A stretch of 64,000 bases of DNA from Oikopleura dioica (GCA_907165135.1 OU015566.1:1550001-1614000), one strand, 5' to 3'; counted from the stretch's first letter, positions 50,501 through 64,000 are shown. Program-made: numbers and translations. Notes: generated from the sequence alone by a model not told the origin.

Positions 50501-53500
50501 AACGTAAGTACCAGGAGTTCCTTCTGAGAAAGAGCCGTCTCTATCCAAAACAGCTGCTTCGTGCTCCCAAGCGTGGGTCATTCTTCTATTCGAGTTGAAC
50601 CAGCTGACCTTGGAGAACCAAGTGATAGCACCGCAATCGAAAGCGTTTGAACCGTAGCAAGGATCAAAAGCGACACATCGTCTCTCAGCAGCATCAGATG
50701 GGATTTCGGCCGAAGCGAGATCAGGTGTTGTTGTATCGTAGTTGTAGAAAGCAATATCGTCGACAGTGAAGGCAAAGAATTTCCATGGGGTTTCGATACC
50801 CATATCTCCGCAGGCCTTCAGTTCTGGGTCTCCATCCAAGTGACCGATGACAATGTTTCGTTTGAACATGGAGATCTGGTCTTCCATGCCCTCTTCGCCA
50901 TATGTATGAAGGAAGGATTCTTTACCAGCCAAGTTCGCGATCCAGTTGTTGGCAGTGATCATATTGAGGAATTGAATGGCACCACCAGTGGCAAACTCAG
51001 CTCCTCGCTCACAATGCCAGGCGAAGAAACCGAAAGTGTCGTCTGGAATAGGGCCGTTTTCGTTTTCAGCGGGAAGTTCTCCGAATTTGATGGCCTTTGG
51101 AGTTGGATCATCGCATTCACCAGAAGCAGTTGGGGTAAGATCGACGAAGATCCACATACCGTATTTACCCATTGAGTGAGCAGTGTTGTTGTAGAAAGCT
51201 CCGAGAGGTCGATTCTTGACACAGAAGTTCTGGTATTCTTCCATTTGAGCAGAAGGTCCAGTTGGCTCGTCAGATGGATTGAACCAAAAACCGAAGTGGG
51301 TTCCACCAGCAGCTCGGTTACCATAGAAAATATTGTTTGGATTTGGAATCCAGAAGACAGCGGGTGTAGAATCGATATTGAGAAGAGATGACGATTTCTT
51401 GTTCATGATACCCAAATTGTATCGCAAGATATTGTCTTCTTCAACAGCATCTTCGAGGAAGAAAGCGAGACCCATGACATTGTAGATGACGTTGTATTCG
51501 ACGGTGAGATTATGGACACCGTGCATGGTCAAAGCTCGGTTGAAAGTATTGTGAATACCGTTACCACGGACGTAAGATGTTGGAAGAGAGCCAGGAGTAT
51601 GGAAATGGATCGGGTATCGAGCAAGATTGAAAGCCTGACCGGCATGAGTGAATTCAGTGAATTCGATCTTGGCATGAGATGGCTTGTGCAAGAAGAGGAT
51701 AGCACCAAATTGATCAGATCCGGTCTCGTGGCCGTATCGATTCTGGAAGCACGTTTGGGTACCGAAAGCAGTTCCGACTCCAGCTTCGCACTCGTCGAGC
51801 TCTTCGGCCCAGGATTCTTGGAAGTCACCTCTGAAGAGAATGTTTCGGGTGAGAAGACCGACTTCAGCTCGAGTGCAAATAGTTCCAGCCCATCCCCAAC
51901 CGAAAGTAGAACCAGCGGGGCCTTCAGAGCAAACAGCAAAATGACGGTGCTCAAGAGCTTCAGTAAGAGTTACAGTGTAGCCATCATCAGAGACGTCAGC
52001 AATGACGCGTTTCTCGCTTCTGTGGAAGTTCGTGATATCACCAGTGGCCGCAATGATAATCTCGTTTCCGACGAACCAATCGTCCTTGACTGGATGAGTG
52101 AGAGTGATTTGACTATCGCCAGCTTCAGCAGTGACATCGAGTTCAGTCCAGGTAGTGGTCTTTGGACAACCGTGGAAGTCGAGAGAACCGAATCGGACAG
52201 CAAGTACCTTCGCTCCATAAATTGGGAGATTGATGGATCGTTGATGACCATAAAGTTGGATCATTGCATTGCCCTCACAGAATGGCTCCTCTTCAGTACC
52301 GATTTCGAAGCTACCGCCGTTGTTGATGACACCATATTGCATATGAAGCTCGATTCCGTCTTTTCGATCCCAGATGAATTTACCTCCGTCAACAATGAGA
52401 ACAGCGAGAACAGGAGTAGTTTCATCAAGAAGAATAACCTGACCAGCTGGGATGACGATGATTTCCCCTTCTTGAGGCTTGCAGCTATCATCGGAGCAGC
52501 CCCAAGTGTATGGCGAAGACCATCTATCAATGTACCAGAACTGAATGTCGGACTCAGCAGCGGAAGTATCAGCAACAGCTTGACCGGGTCCACCAGCAAT
52601 AGTGACAACAGGCATGACTGGTTCTTGAACTTGAGTTCTGTCGAAAACTCCAGTCTCGCAGACGATTTCTGTGTCACTAACAGAAGAGACAGTGCAAGCA
52701 CTATTTGCAACAGTGACAGTTGTATCAGCAACGCTCGATCCGAAACCGGATCCAGTAATGGTCAACTGAGTACCACCAGCAGTTCCACCTCGTTTTGGAT
52801 TGACACCAGAGATAGTTGGACTCAAGCTTTCGTCGACTGTGAAGAGGTTTCGTGCAAATCCAGCAGCAACGATCTCGCTTCCGTCAGCAGCATCGACAGC
52901 CACAACGCTAAAGAGGTTCGTACAGTTAGACATATCAACAGGAACAGTCATGAAGACAGCTTCTGTGTTGGAAACCGAGATCTGCTCAAGAGCAGTGTCA
53001 CAAAGAATAGCCGAAGTTGCTTCAGAGAAACCAGCACCAGAAAGTGTAATTTCAGTTCCACCACCAGCACCGACAGTGTTGGGTGTGACAGAAGAAACGA
53101 CAAGAGCGTAGGTCACATCGACGATATCAGAGATACCAGAAGCACCTCGAGTATTCATCTTGTATGAACCGGCTGGAAGAGGAGGCATCGTAACGGCAAG
53201 ATCACCGCTGAAGTCACCTGAGCAAGTGAGAGCCTGTTCAGTGACAATTGTATTAGGAGCAGTTGGCTGTTCAATAAGACTGCCGAAGTGATCAGCACGG
53301 CAGGTAATTTTCCATGCGTATTCGTCGACAGATTCGGCTTCGTCAAGATTGATTGCTTCAAAAAGCAAATCGCCCTTGTTGCTTGGTCGGGCTCGCCAGT
53401 GAAGATCCCCTTGTCGAAGTGCCCATCTTCCAGGTCCAAAGAAATCTGGATCAACAACAAACTGAGCTCGTTCTTGATCTGGCGTCACAGCATCGGCTTC

Positions 53501-56500
53501 ATTCGCTCGCATGATTTTATTGCCTTCTGAGTAGAGATACTCATAATCTTGATCATCATTGAATCTGATTGCGTAGATGTTTCTGCTAGCATCAACAGGG
53601 ATGAAGTCAACACCGCGTTCTTCTCCGTGGCCGTCGTAACATCTTCGGGGATTGTTCAGTTCTCGAGCGCTTCCGACAGATCCGATCCAACAGTTTCTGT
53701 AGCTACTAGTTTCAAAATTGTCGATCTTATCGAGGTCAAGTGGTGCCCAACTTTCGATGATGCAGTTAGTCATATCTTGAGATCGGAGTTCCACACAAGA
53801 TGGAACGTTGCAGTCGACGCGTTGATAGTCGAAACCGTTTTTTTCAAGACCAGTGTAGCAGGTTGGTCCATCTGTGCTCCAATGAGGGTTTCTACAGAAA
53901 TTATCGGAACCGTTCCATTCTGAATCTCCAGTGGTATCCCACGGAAGACATTCGTGACCGAAAAGAGTCTTTGACATTCTACCGTTGTAAGTGTATCGAC
54001 CTCTAAAATCGACCTCATCGTCATAGCAATTGTCAAAAGTATATCTTGTACAAAGAGGTCGCTTATCGATGTCGCCTCCATCTACATCAGCTCCCCAAGT
54101 GTTACATGCACCAAGTTCAGCTTCCGTCAGAAGACCATCACCTGCTTCGTTGACAGTTGCGCAGGTCATAGCACCATCAATTCGAATCCAATAACCGCGA
54201 GTAGTTGCGCCTGCGGTATTGATGATATCGATAAGATCAAGACGATCTTGTTCAGTTACAACGTTGAAAACATGTCTACGATCATCAAGACATTTTTGAA
54301 TGGCGTCTTCTGGAGTTGTCTGCGCAGTTGGACGTTGGAGATTATGGCATTGATAACCATCACCCCAGTGGCCTTGTCCCCACCATTCGTCAACATTCGA
54401 ATCGATGCAAGAGCAGGTGTATGAGAATCCATCAGGAATACACTCAGCATTTTTGTCACAATGATGATTTCCACTGGCACAGGGATCTTTGTAGACTGAA
54501 AACTCCATGTTCGTGTTTTCGCAATCTAAGAAAGAGCCAGACACAGTCACAGAGTCACCGCCGACGACGGCGCTGGCATCACTAGTACCAGTGATGGCGC
54601 TGTCTGATTCAGCCAAAGTAATTGTGACAGGAGAGTTTGATGTGTCCAAAAACTCATGAGAAACAAGCAAAGTGTATGCTCCAACACCAGCAGGCGCTGA
54701 AACAACGATCGATGAAGCAGACTCGACGGTCTTGTAGGCATATTTCTCAACAACAGCACCAAAGTCATCAGAGAAAGTGACAATCGTGTCTTCATCGAAG
54801 CCAGTTCCAGTGATGGTGATTCTGAAACCACCATTTGATCCACCAGAAACAGGGGAGACAGAGACGACTTCGGGAACGATTTCAACAGCAGAGTCGACGA
54901 AAGTTGCCGCTCCGACAGTTGATCGCCAGGTGAGCTTGTGAAGACCAGCGCCAACAGCTGGAAGAGCGCAAGAACCACCAGAGCAATCAAATGATTCTCC
55001 ATCGATACTACCAACAAGGGCATCGAGATCAGAACCAGTGACAGTGACAGAAGCCTTATCAGCTGCAACTTCGACAGCAGTGACTTTTGGAGTCATGGCG
55101 TCCGATACGGCAAGCTGAGCGGAAGATCCCCAGTCGCCAGTAACAGTAAATTCAGAAGGTCGAGATACGTCAGAAACGTCGACAGCTACTTTCTGGAGAT
55201 GACATGTGACTTCATCGTAGCTAGCAGAAAGAGTTGTGCAAGCAAATGAAGCGTTTGATCCTTCATATCCAATGCTGAATGTTTCGGAGCTTTCATCACA
55301 GGCAAATCCAAATCCAGAAATTGTGAGCTCAACATCTCCAAGAAGTGAGATTGGAGCCGGGCTGACAGAAGTGATAGCAGAATCCATATCAAGTTCAAAT
55401 GCTTCATCCACTTGAACAACAGATGAGAAGGTGTCTTCATCAGTGACAGCGTTGTAGTCAAGGAAGTACACGTCACCCATGGTAGCGATAGAAATGCGGA
55501 GCTTGTTGTCCTTGTAGATTGAAAGTCCTGCAGATGGGTCGATAGTGCAAGTGTACTGATTACCAGATCCACTTCCGGAGCAGGGGTATGATCCTTCGTT
55601 GTTGAAAACTTCGATTTCAATATAACTTGCGCAGCTGTCGACGTCATATGAGTCGAAATTGACAACAACTTCAGCGTTTACTGGAGTGCTAGAATGCTCA
55701 AATGGAGCCTGAGCATTGATTGTGAAGTCAACGATTCGTGGTGTGGCAATGAGTGAGTAGAAAACGTAGTGATCAGCGTCGACAGAGGCCTCGGCAGAAG
55801 TAACTCCGGCGACAGAGTTGCAATTTCCGGCAGGTTGATTCTTTCTCTTTCTAGCAGCAACGTGGGCAGCTTCGTTATCACCGATTGTAACACTGACTCG
55901 GGCGGCCTTATCGGTGGCACCAACAACGATAATTGTTCCAGACTGGAAGATTGTAGCGCCGTCAATGTAGCCAGTTGAGTAGTGATAAGTTCCTTCGGCG
56001 ACAAATTGGTGGATAAACGAATTCTGATCACCGTAAATTGGTGGTGACCACTTGGCACCTCCAGTGCTTACGGATCCAGCTTCGCTTGTTCTCTCAAACT
56101 CGAATTTCGGAACAGTTCCTCCGATTTGGATATTCCACCACCATTCGATCTCGTCTCCGACTTCGATGGTTGTGACACCGGACATGCTACCAGCGGCATC
56201 CATGATTCCGCCGGCACCAACAATAAGTCGATGGCGGGTGCTGACTCCAGCAGTCTGGCAGACGATCTGATTGTAATCGGCGGATTTGACGTCGCAAGAA
56301 TCTTCTCCGACCATGACGGTTACATCATCAGTAGAGCTCTCGCTGTGGGCGAAACCATCACCGTTGATAGTAATCAATCGGCCTCCAATAAGTGAAGAGA
56401 AGGCTCCGCCAATTCCTCGGATCTGAAGCTGTGTTGAACCAGAAACAGAGTCTGAGTAACCAACGCCGCAAACATCCACCTTGATATCAGCAACAGCAGC

Positions 56501-59500
56501 GGCGCTCATTGCAGAAGTCCGAGCGACGATTTCAGTATCAGACCAGCTGAGGACGGTGGCAGTATTATCTCCAATCATGACGGAGCTAGTATCGTCGTCA
56601 CAGCTGGAGGAGAAGCCATTGCCAGTGAGAGTGATTGTCTCGCCACCGATCACAGTAAGCTCAGACTGCGAGACAGAAGAAAGAATGGGAGTTGGACCAG
56701 CACAGCCTGGAAGACAGTCGGTATGAGCAGCTGTTCGGCAAACGAGGGTGTCGTAAGTGACCTCGAATCCAGTTGAGTCGCAGTCGACGACTTCGCCGTT
56801 CATGCTGACCTGAACAACTTGGCCAGCTCTGAAGCCAGTACCAGAAGCAGTGACGATTTGACCACCATTATTGGAACCAGTTGTTGGAGTAGACGAAGTG
56901 ACTGAGCTCGAGACAGAGACGAAAACGCCTGATGGGGCGTCACCATTCTCTGGAATGTGAAGAACGACCTCCCAAGAGCCGACTGGAACTTGCCCAACAG
57001 TGCAGGTCACAGATGACGCGGTATTTGAACAATCTGTAGATGCAACACCATCGATATGAATGTTGGCGTTCTTGAGTGTTCCAGAGTAAGAGTTCTTGTT
57101 GAAGTTGACCGTGATTGAGTCGCCAAGGGAAACAGCGTCGCCATCAGCAACACTCACACTTGTGACGGACACAGTGTGAGCGTTCGAGTATCGGAAATCG
57201 CAATTGTCGCAAGCTGATCGCTGACCATTGGCAATCACGACAACTTGAGGCTGATCGTGAGATGTGGCGGTCAAAGATCCAGGGAGAATCGGAGAGTAAA
57301 TACCAGCTCGTGTTCGTTCTTCAGTTCCACTTCGGAAATTTTGATGACGGCCGTTTGTGTTGAGAGTGAAGCTCTTCAGAGCGAACATTTTCATCTGACC
57401 ATGCTCGTAAGCCTGAATTCTGAATCTTGGACCCCATTGAGCAGAGCCGTATCTCGAAACGCGAACTTTGAGTCCGTCATCTTGAAGTTCAGGCCACGTC
57501 TCGTGGAGAGCATCTTGAATAGTGTACTGTGAGATGTGGGAACCAAAAGGTAGAGTTAGCTCGGTAGGACTGTCTCCGTAGGTGATTGTCATTTCTCCTC
57601 GGGGGTCTTCATTGATGTATGATTTTCGGAAGACGTGGACGTGAAGAATGTGTCGAACGTTGTTAGAGTTTTTGTAGTTGAATCGACCGTAAAGGTATTC
57701 TCGGGTGATATCTTCCTGGAAACCGTAATCATTTTCGTCCTGAACGGCGATGTTAGCATCCCACACATTAACTGGAACAGGAGACATGCTAGTCCAATCA
57801 GCTCCTGTCGAGTCTGTAGCAGCATCGGAATCAGCAGCAAGAGTAACATCACTTGGTGCCTTGATCTTAATGAGTGGAGAAATATATCCATTCACTGGAT
57901 AATCATGATAATCGTTCCAAGTGAATCGATAAGCAGATCCTCCATTTCTTGAATATTTGTCAACATGGATCTTCCAAATTGCAGTTCCGCCCTGTTTGAA
58001 TTGAGGTCGGGTAACCTGCATCTCATATGGTTCGCGCATCTTTCCGAGAACGAATTCATCGACGAAAATAGGCATGACCTCATCATTTCGAAGTTGAATG
58101 TGGTAGATTAAGAACTGATCTTCTGTTCGAGTGTGATCGTATCCTTTGTAAGCGATATGGCTGTCGATGAGGTCAAGAGCGTTCCAGCATCCCCACTGCC
58201 AAGATTCTTCATTGTTTGTATGGCCAGCGATTGGAACATACGCCCAGTTCTGCCAGTGTCCAGTGCTTCCATCAGTTCTAACATAGGAGTAGCGAACGTA
58301 GAGCAAGATTTTATCGATATCTCCTCGATGAGCAAAGCAAAAGTCTCCTGTTTCGAATCCATTAGCTGGACCAACCTGTTTATTTCCATTCTTCTGAGCA
58401 TGATGGTTGAAAATGTCCCAATGATGAGTTCGAAGAACTCTCTTTCCGCACCAAGCACCGACAGATCTTGTTCGATGCCACTGGTCAGGCCAGTAGTTGT
58501 TCTCTTCATAATCGTTCTGGAAATGAATCGGGTTCATGGATCCGGTTTTCGTGCACTCAGCCGAGAAGTATGGTTCCATAATATCTCGAACGGTATCTTC
58601 GAATGTTCCTGTGTTGTCTTTATCGTAGCCAGCAAGGGTGCCAGTTTCGACACAATAGTCATCTCCACAAATTTCCATTTGGAATCGTGGGCTGACATCA
58701 TCGTCGAAGGACTCGCCATCACCAAGACCAACGCCATTGTCCTTAAAGTCAACATCCCAGGCAACGTTGATCCACTGTGCATCACGGTTTCGATCTTGCT
58801 CGAAGTAGATATCTTGTCGGGCGTCAATGTAAGCAGCTTCGTAGAGCTTCTCATCTCTATCTCGTTTGAGATCATGCCAGGTTCCCGTACCATCTTTTCC
58901 GAGGTACTGGACTCCGACATAGGCGTAACCAGGTCCACCACCATTTGCCGCAGAAACAGAAATAGGGAAAGCTTCTCCCTTTGAGAGTGTGTAGAACGGA
59001 GAATGCGCATCAGGAGTATTTCTGCACTGCTTATCATTCTCGCCGCAAACAGCGTAGACATGGCCGATTCGTTCCCACTCTCCGTTCGATTGATCTTTCA
59101 CAGTCGAAGCTGTTAGGTCGTCATCAACGGCGAAAATGAATTTATAGACACCATCAAGAGGAGCAACAAAATTTGTTTCTCCTCGGATGCTCCAATGTTC
59201 CTGATTTGGTGAGTACTCTCCATAAAGGTGTTTCTTCGAGTTTGAGAATTTTCCTTGCATCAGGAGACCGTCCAAATCTCTATGAGCAAGATGATCCGCT
59301 AGCTCATATTCAGCTGTTGTTCTTTCCCATTCCAGCTGATAATCGCCTGTGTGACCTCGCAAAACTTTAACGTCGAACCCTCGATTTCCAAGGAAAGGGC
59401 CTGTCTTTTGATCGCATCGTCGAATTTGACAGTTTCTCCAGTGGCCTTCTGGAGTTTGACAATACGGCATCGCGTTGTACTGTGGAGTTGGATTTCGACA

Positions 59501-61786
59501 GAAAGAGCCTTCGGCGCAGACTCCATCCCATTGTCCGGTAACAGCAGTTCCATTGTAGAAATGACCACGCCCAGAGAAGCAATCGAGTTCCTCAACATGG
59601 TTGTCAGCATTGAAGTAGCCACCAAAAGCGTCGGTTTCTGGAGCCCAGTGTGCAGCGATCCAATCAGCAGTTGTCGCGAATTCTTTGTCAGCTCCAACTC
59701 TATCTTCGCCGACGTAATCGTAATGATCGCAATCGTCTTTTGTTTCCCAAACCCACGCCATGCACTTGGCGTCACGTCGGCAGAGATCTTCGCACTTTTG
59801 AGCACTTCCTGTTGCTCGTGAAAAGTATTTGAAATGAGCGTACTCGAATCCATCAAGTGGGACGAATTGTCTGTTCTCGTACCATGATCCTTCAGCTTCT
59901 TCACCAGCAGCGACTCGGCAAGTGATCTCAGTTTCGGTCATCGTAAGGACTTCGCAATCGACACCTCCGACTTGAATACTTACAGTGCCGCCTTTTCCGT
60001 CACTGGTAAAACCAGTACCAGTGACTGTAAGAATAGCTCCACCATTGACGGAACCGATTTGAGGAGAAACTGAGTTGATTTGAGGGTAGATTTCGAAGGA
60101 AGTTGGGAGAAGATCTTCATTTCCGAACCAATTCTGGTATCGGCCGTGAACATATGCTCGACCCTGGTGATGAGTCTGATAGGTGAAGTTGTAAGCACCT
60201 GGAATAGGAGCTTTTGGCAGCATTTGGATGATACCGTCGTTTCCATTCTTAATCGAAACCTGCATCTCATGAGAGATACCGCAGTTTTCATGAGTTCCGC
60301 AGTTTTGTCCATCGTTGAGGAAGATCTTGAGCTCGGATTTGAATCCATCGTTGTCATCAACAACCTTGGGCTGTTCGTGAAGACGGTTAGCGTGGAAGTC
60401 CTCGTCGTCAAGTCTTGCAACGACGTCGGTAAACTGTCGACCCCAGATTTCTGTGATACCAGGAATGCAGTAGAATCGAACTTTGATGTCTGGGCATTTG
60501 ATTGTTTCGATAGACTGGAGAGCGTCTTCACATCGAACACCTTCGAATGGAGAGAAGAAAGCAGTGTCGCATCGGCCGTCAGCATTGACATTAGCGGTAG
60601 TAAGGAACTCTTCGTCAAGTTCGGTGTTCCAGGCCTGGATCTTGACTGGCGATGTGCAGTGCTGGAAGTCAGCTCGGTTTCGAGAGTAGATTTCGGTGAA
60701 TGACTCCTCTTCAACACCATCTGATGGGTTGTCAATGTTGTACCAGCTGGTCCAGAAGGCACCGTCGTAGTCCCAGCTTCCTCGTGGTCGAGCTGGAGCA
60801 GAAGCAGATGGGTAGAAATGGTAGACTTTTGGAGCGTATCCCTCTTCGATGTTCATGTGACCAGCGTTGAGAACGTCACCGTCATCGATGGTCATTTTGA
60901 TGTACCATCTTCCGACGAAAGGAACGGCGGGGAAGAGACAGACAACAAATTGAGCGCCGTTGAGTGGTCGACCGTGAAGGGTCAACATACGGTCCAAGTG
61001 ACAGTCGACTCGGTCTCCTTCTCGCTCACCCCAGATCTTGTAGTTTTCACCCTCACCGGTTTCCTCGTTGTCGGAGGTGCCGCCGAGATCGATCTGCTGG
61101 GATTTCAGGTTGTCACCATAGATGGTCAAGTAGATTTGACCAAGTGGCGATCCGTTGGAAGGAGCGAGGCCGGAAATTTTTGGTGCTCCTCGGACAAGAG
61201 CGCTCGTTCGTGGCCGCTCTCGGGCGATGTCGACATCGGTGAACATGTCGGTGACGAATCGATGCTTTCGCGGCTGACGATCAGTGTCGATCGAAAACGT
61301 AATCGTATCGTAATCGACATATCTTGCGTCGTCTTCAAAGAATGCTCCGCGAATGAAGTACTCGCCGTCGTTTTCAAGGTCGGATGGAATGCCAAAAGTA
61401 CAGCTAAGGTACCAAGCGCCAGGCTTGGTCAGAGGAAGAGGTTCTTCATTTTCGACCTGAGATGGCCAGAGACGGAAGTTTTTCTCTTGAACCAGTTCGC
61501 AAAGAAGCTGGACGGTGTTCAGCTCATCATCGCGGTTTACAGCTTCAATTGCCCATCTAGAAAATTTACTGAGAAAAAAGTTCTCTAAGGAGAAATCGAA
61601 GATTCGACGAGTGTCACGTAACATTTTGTAAAGCAATTTTTACCTGTCAGAATCGGCAAGTTGCTTGAGTTCGGGCCCGTAGATCTCTACGCGATCGTTA
61701 GGGTGGTAGACTGGGTACTGCACGTTGGACAGCGGTAGATAAGCCGCCCGGGAGAGCCCCAGCAGTAAACTGCTTAAGACTATCAT
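44517..61786 (-). CDS. PKHD1L1-like: ~5,700-aa fibrocystin-L (PKHD1L1)-like protein with extra WxxW, PAN, kringle and EGF modules and a C-terminal ZP domain; no TM helix
   Basis: Signal exon 61644-61786 (MIVLSSLLLGLSRA). Many IPT/TIG repeats, a PA14-like region, two G8 domains (WYIDRWSSPYTWG; ETQHVKFD..), PbH1/TMEM2-like regions (ARYPIHFH, TFNRALTMHG), then ZP-N/ZP-C and EGF-like exons at 44517-46028. A frame junction at ~49910 needs a mini-intron or an indel. Confidence 0.93.
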
Positions 61787-62161
61787 CGTCAAGAGTTGAC
61801 TTTGTCTAAAAGGAAAATCAGATTTTGCCCTCGAAGGTGAAAATCGCTATTTAGGTCTGAAATTTTTAAAATTTCAAATTTTTTATTGAAAGAAAAATAT
61901 TTTTTTTTTCATAGAAACGAAATATTTTCAAGTTATCCGAGTTTTAATGATTTATTATTGGTGTGATTAAATATATTTTTTTTTCGTTAAAAATCTAGAA
62001 TTAGTTATTTTATTAATCAAAGCTTTTTTTTCTCCTCCTCGAAAACCCCTGATGAGTGATTTTGATATTTCTCTTATTCATATTTTATTACAAAATATTT
62101 TTAATTTTTTCGTAAAAATGGATGTACCTCTCTCGGCGATGAAGTTCTAAGTGATCAGAAT

Positions 62162-62764
62162 TCAGAGTATAGGCGAAAGCCGTGGCGGTGGTGGTGGCGC
62201 TCCTTTTGGCCCGCACATGATAACGGGGCTCGGCTGATAAGCAGCTACGAGCCCGAAGTATTTCTGATTTGACGTTTTGTACCCAACTGACTTTTTTAAA
62301 CGATAATTAAGGGTCACCCGGATTAAAACGAATCGATAAATTATCATCTTGTTTGAAATTTACGGAAAAATAAACGATTTTGAAGGAAAAAAAAGGTTGA
62401 TTTTTATTAAAAATAATTTTTCTAATTCACGAATATCTTCTTGAATCCCTTATTTTATTGTCAAAAAGAATGATCTTAAAAAATTTTTAAGAAAGAAATC
62501 TTGTAATTCTATGTTTCAAGAAGACCCACCCTTATTATCCGCTTCAAAAATTGATCCCTCGGTCAATCCTTTTAGCATCTTTTGATCCCACGCCGAATAT
62601 TCTAGCGCCGATTCTGATTTATGGACCGCGCGACATGACATTTCCCATGTTTCGATAAGATGAATTAGATGCTTTTCTCGGGCGAAATCTTGCATCGCGC
62701 ATCTGCGTCCTCCAAATGCTTTGGAAATGGCGTTGTCGACCATTGTCACTTTTGATAAAAACAC
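62162..62764 (-). CDS. Possible small two-exon gene upstream of the fibrocystin-like gene
   Basis: ORF 62516-62764 can splice in frame to ORF 62162-62347 (..EADNK|VGYKTSNQ..PPPPPRLSPIL*); no homology recognised. Confidence 0.3.
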
Positions 62765-64000
62765 ATATCAACTCAGACGGCGGCTCTATTTTGGGTGGCG
62801 AACGCACAAGTTGCCGTGCTTGGAATTAAGCCTTATCAGGAAGACTGATAAGCGGCCTTGTCCGCAGCCTCATTCTAGAGTATTCCAAATTTCCCTTTGA
62901 GTTTTATCATACGAACATAATTATTTAAGGGGGTAGTTATGGTTTAACTTGATCTTTGGTCGCAAAAATTACTCGAAATAATATTTGAACCGGCAGAAAA
63001 TCGAATTTTTGGCAAATTTTCTTAATTTTTTCGATATTTTTTCAAGAAAATTTCTGTAAAACAGCTCAAAATCCGCAAATTTATGATAAAAAAAAATCAA
63101 AAAACGAAGATTAAATTCATCGAGAATGAGAAAAAACGAAAAATAAGGGTGTCACTACGATAAATCTTCCGAATCCCCGTTTTGACCGGTGTTATCACCC
63201 GAGAGTCTAGTACCACAAGGCAAATTCTAGCGCAGCGCTGAAGATCTACTAGACTACGTCCTGCATGAATAACAAGCTGTAAGAATTTTCAAGAATCGCG
63301 TTCGAGAATGTCACGGGACTCTCTTTTCAGTACACTGAATTTAAGTCCACCCCCGGGCTGATAATAAGGGCTTGCGGTTTGAGCTTGTTTATCTTGAAGG
63401 GTGCTTATTTTTAGGTTGAAGGGCGGCTTTTCCTGAATCCAGAATTCTAGCGAACAGACTCGAATAAACAGAAAATTGGGAAATAATGCAATCAAAAACA
63501 TGCAGTCTTGCAGCCAATTAACGAAGACAACCTTCAAAAAAGTCAGCTACAACGGCATGGAAAGCCTCCACTTACAGCAGATAAGGGCTTATCAGAAAGC
63601 CAAATTGGTGCACCGCACCGCCAGGGCGGGGCCATTACTAAGGACCACTATCTCGCTGTTTTCTTATCATTTCAGGGTTTTACAAAAAGCTTTTACCGCG
63701 AAAATTTCTTCCAAAAGGATCAGAAATCAATTCTTTCAATGCGAAAAAGATGATTTTTTTTGATTGGAAATAAGTGATAAAAGAAAAAAAAATGACGCGC
63801 TCTTTATGATGAGTTTTTATTGCGACAAAGATAAAATGAAAAATATAAAGTACTTCGGAGAGAAATAATGATGGATCAGTGTTTTTCTATTTCTTGCGAT
63901 AAGACGAAAAATAGGGATGAACGCGACATACAGATCGATGCGGACCTTAATTGTTTACAAGCGAAGCACCCGATTGTTCAGGGCATTGGAGATTTTGTGA

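Noticed and set aside
45334-61588. Many antisense or off-frame ORFs up to 551 aa over the fibrocystin-like gene
   Set aside because: Ser/Val-rich antisense shadows of a highly codon-biased gene; no motifs.
63400-63763. Possible degenerate non-LTR reverse transcriptase remnant (RILANRL; AVFL..KAF)
   Set aside because: Motifs are short, in different frames and wrongly spaced; not supportable without a tBLASTn/HMM hit.

Overview
Compact, intron-rich animal genomic DNA, most likely the larvacean tunicate Oikopleura (inferred from ~40-55 nt AT-rich introns, a GC-AG intron, a chordate-type connexin and several ZP/Cys-rich secreted genes). It holds about 17 protein-coding loci. These include an alpha-actinin actin-binding-domain/RING fusion, OLFML2-like olfactomedin, an MMP2/9-type gelatinase, a DRAM/TMEM150 protein, a coiled-coil gene, an 18-domain Ly6/uPAR-like GPI protein, a connexin, a thyroglobulin-1 protein with a nested antisense peptide gene, a myosin light chain, a ZP protein, MGST1 and a ~5,700-aa fibrocystin-L-like protein ending in a ZP module. 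There is also an intron-containing tRNA-Tyr and several families of non-autonomous TIR elements. The main signal is two TIR elements sitting inside coding exons: a 549-bp TTAA element at 9125-9673, and a 2755-bp element with a 9-bp TSD and a 57-bp hairpin minisatellite at 22952-25706. In both, splice sites at the element ends (GA-AG, or GT-AG for the first) would restore the host frame, making them candidate transposon-born introns (introners). All gene models were spliced by eye and are unverified by transcript data.
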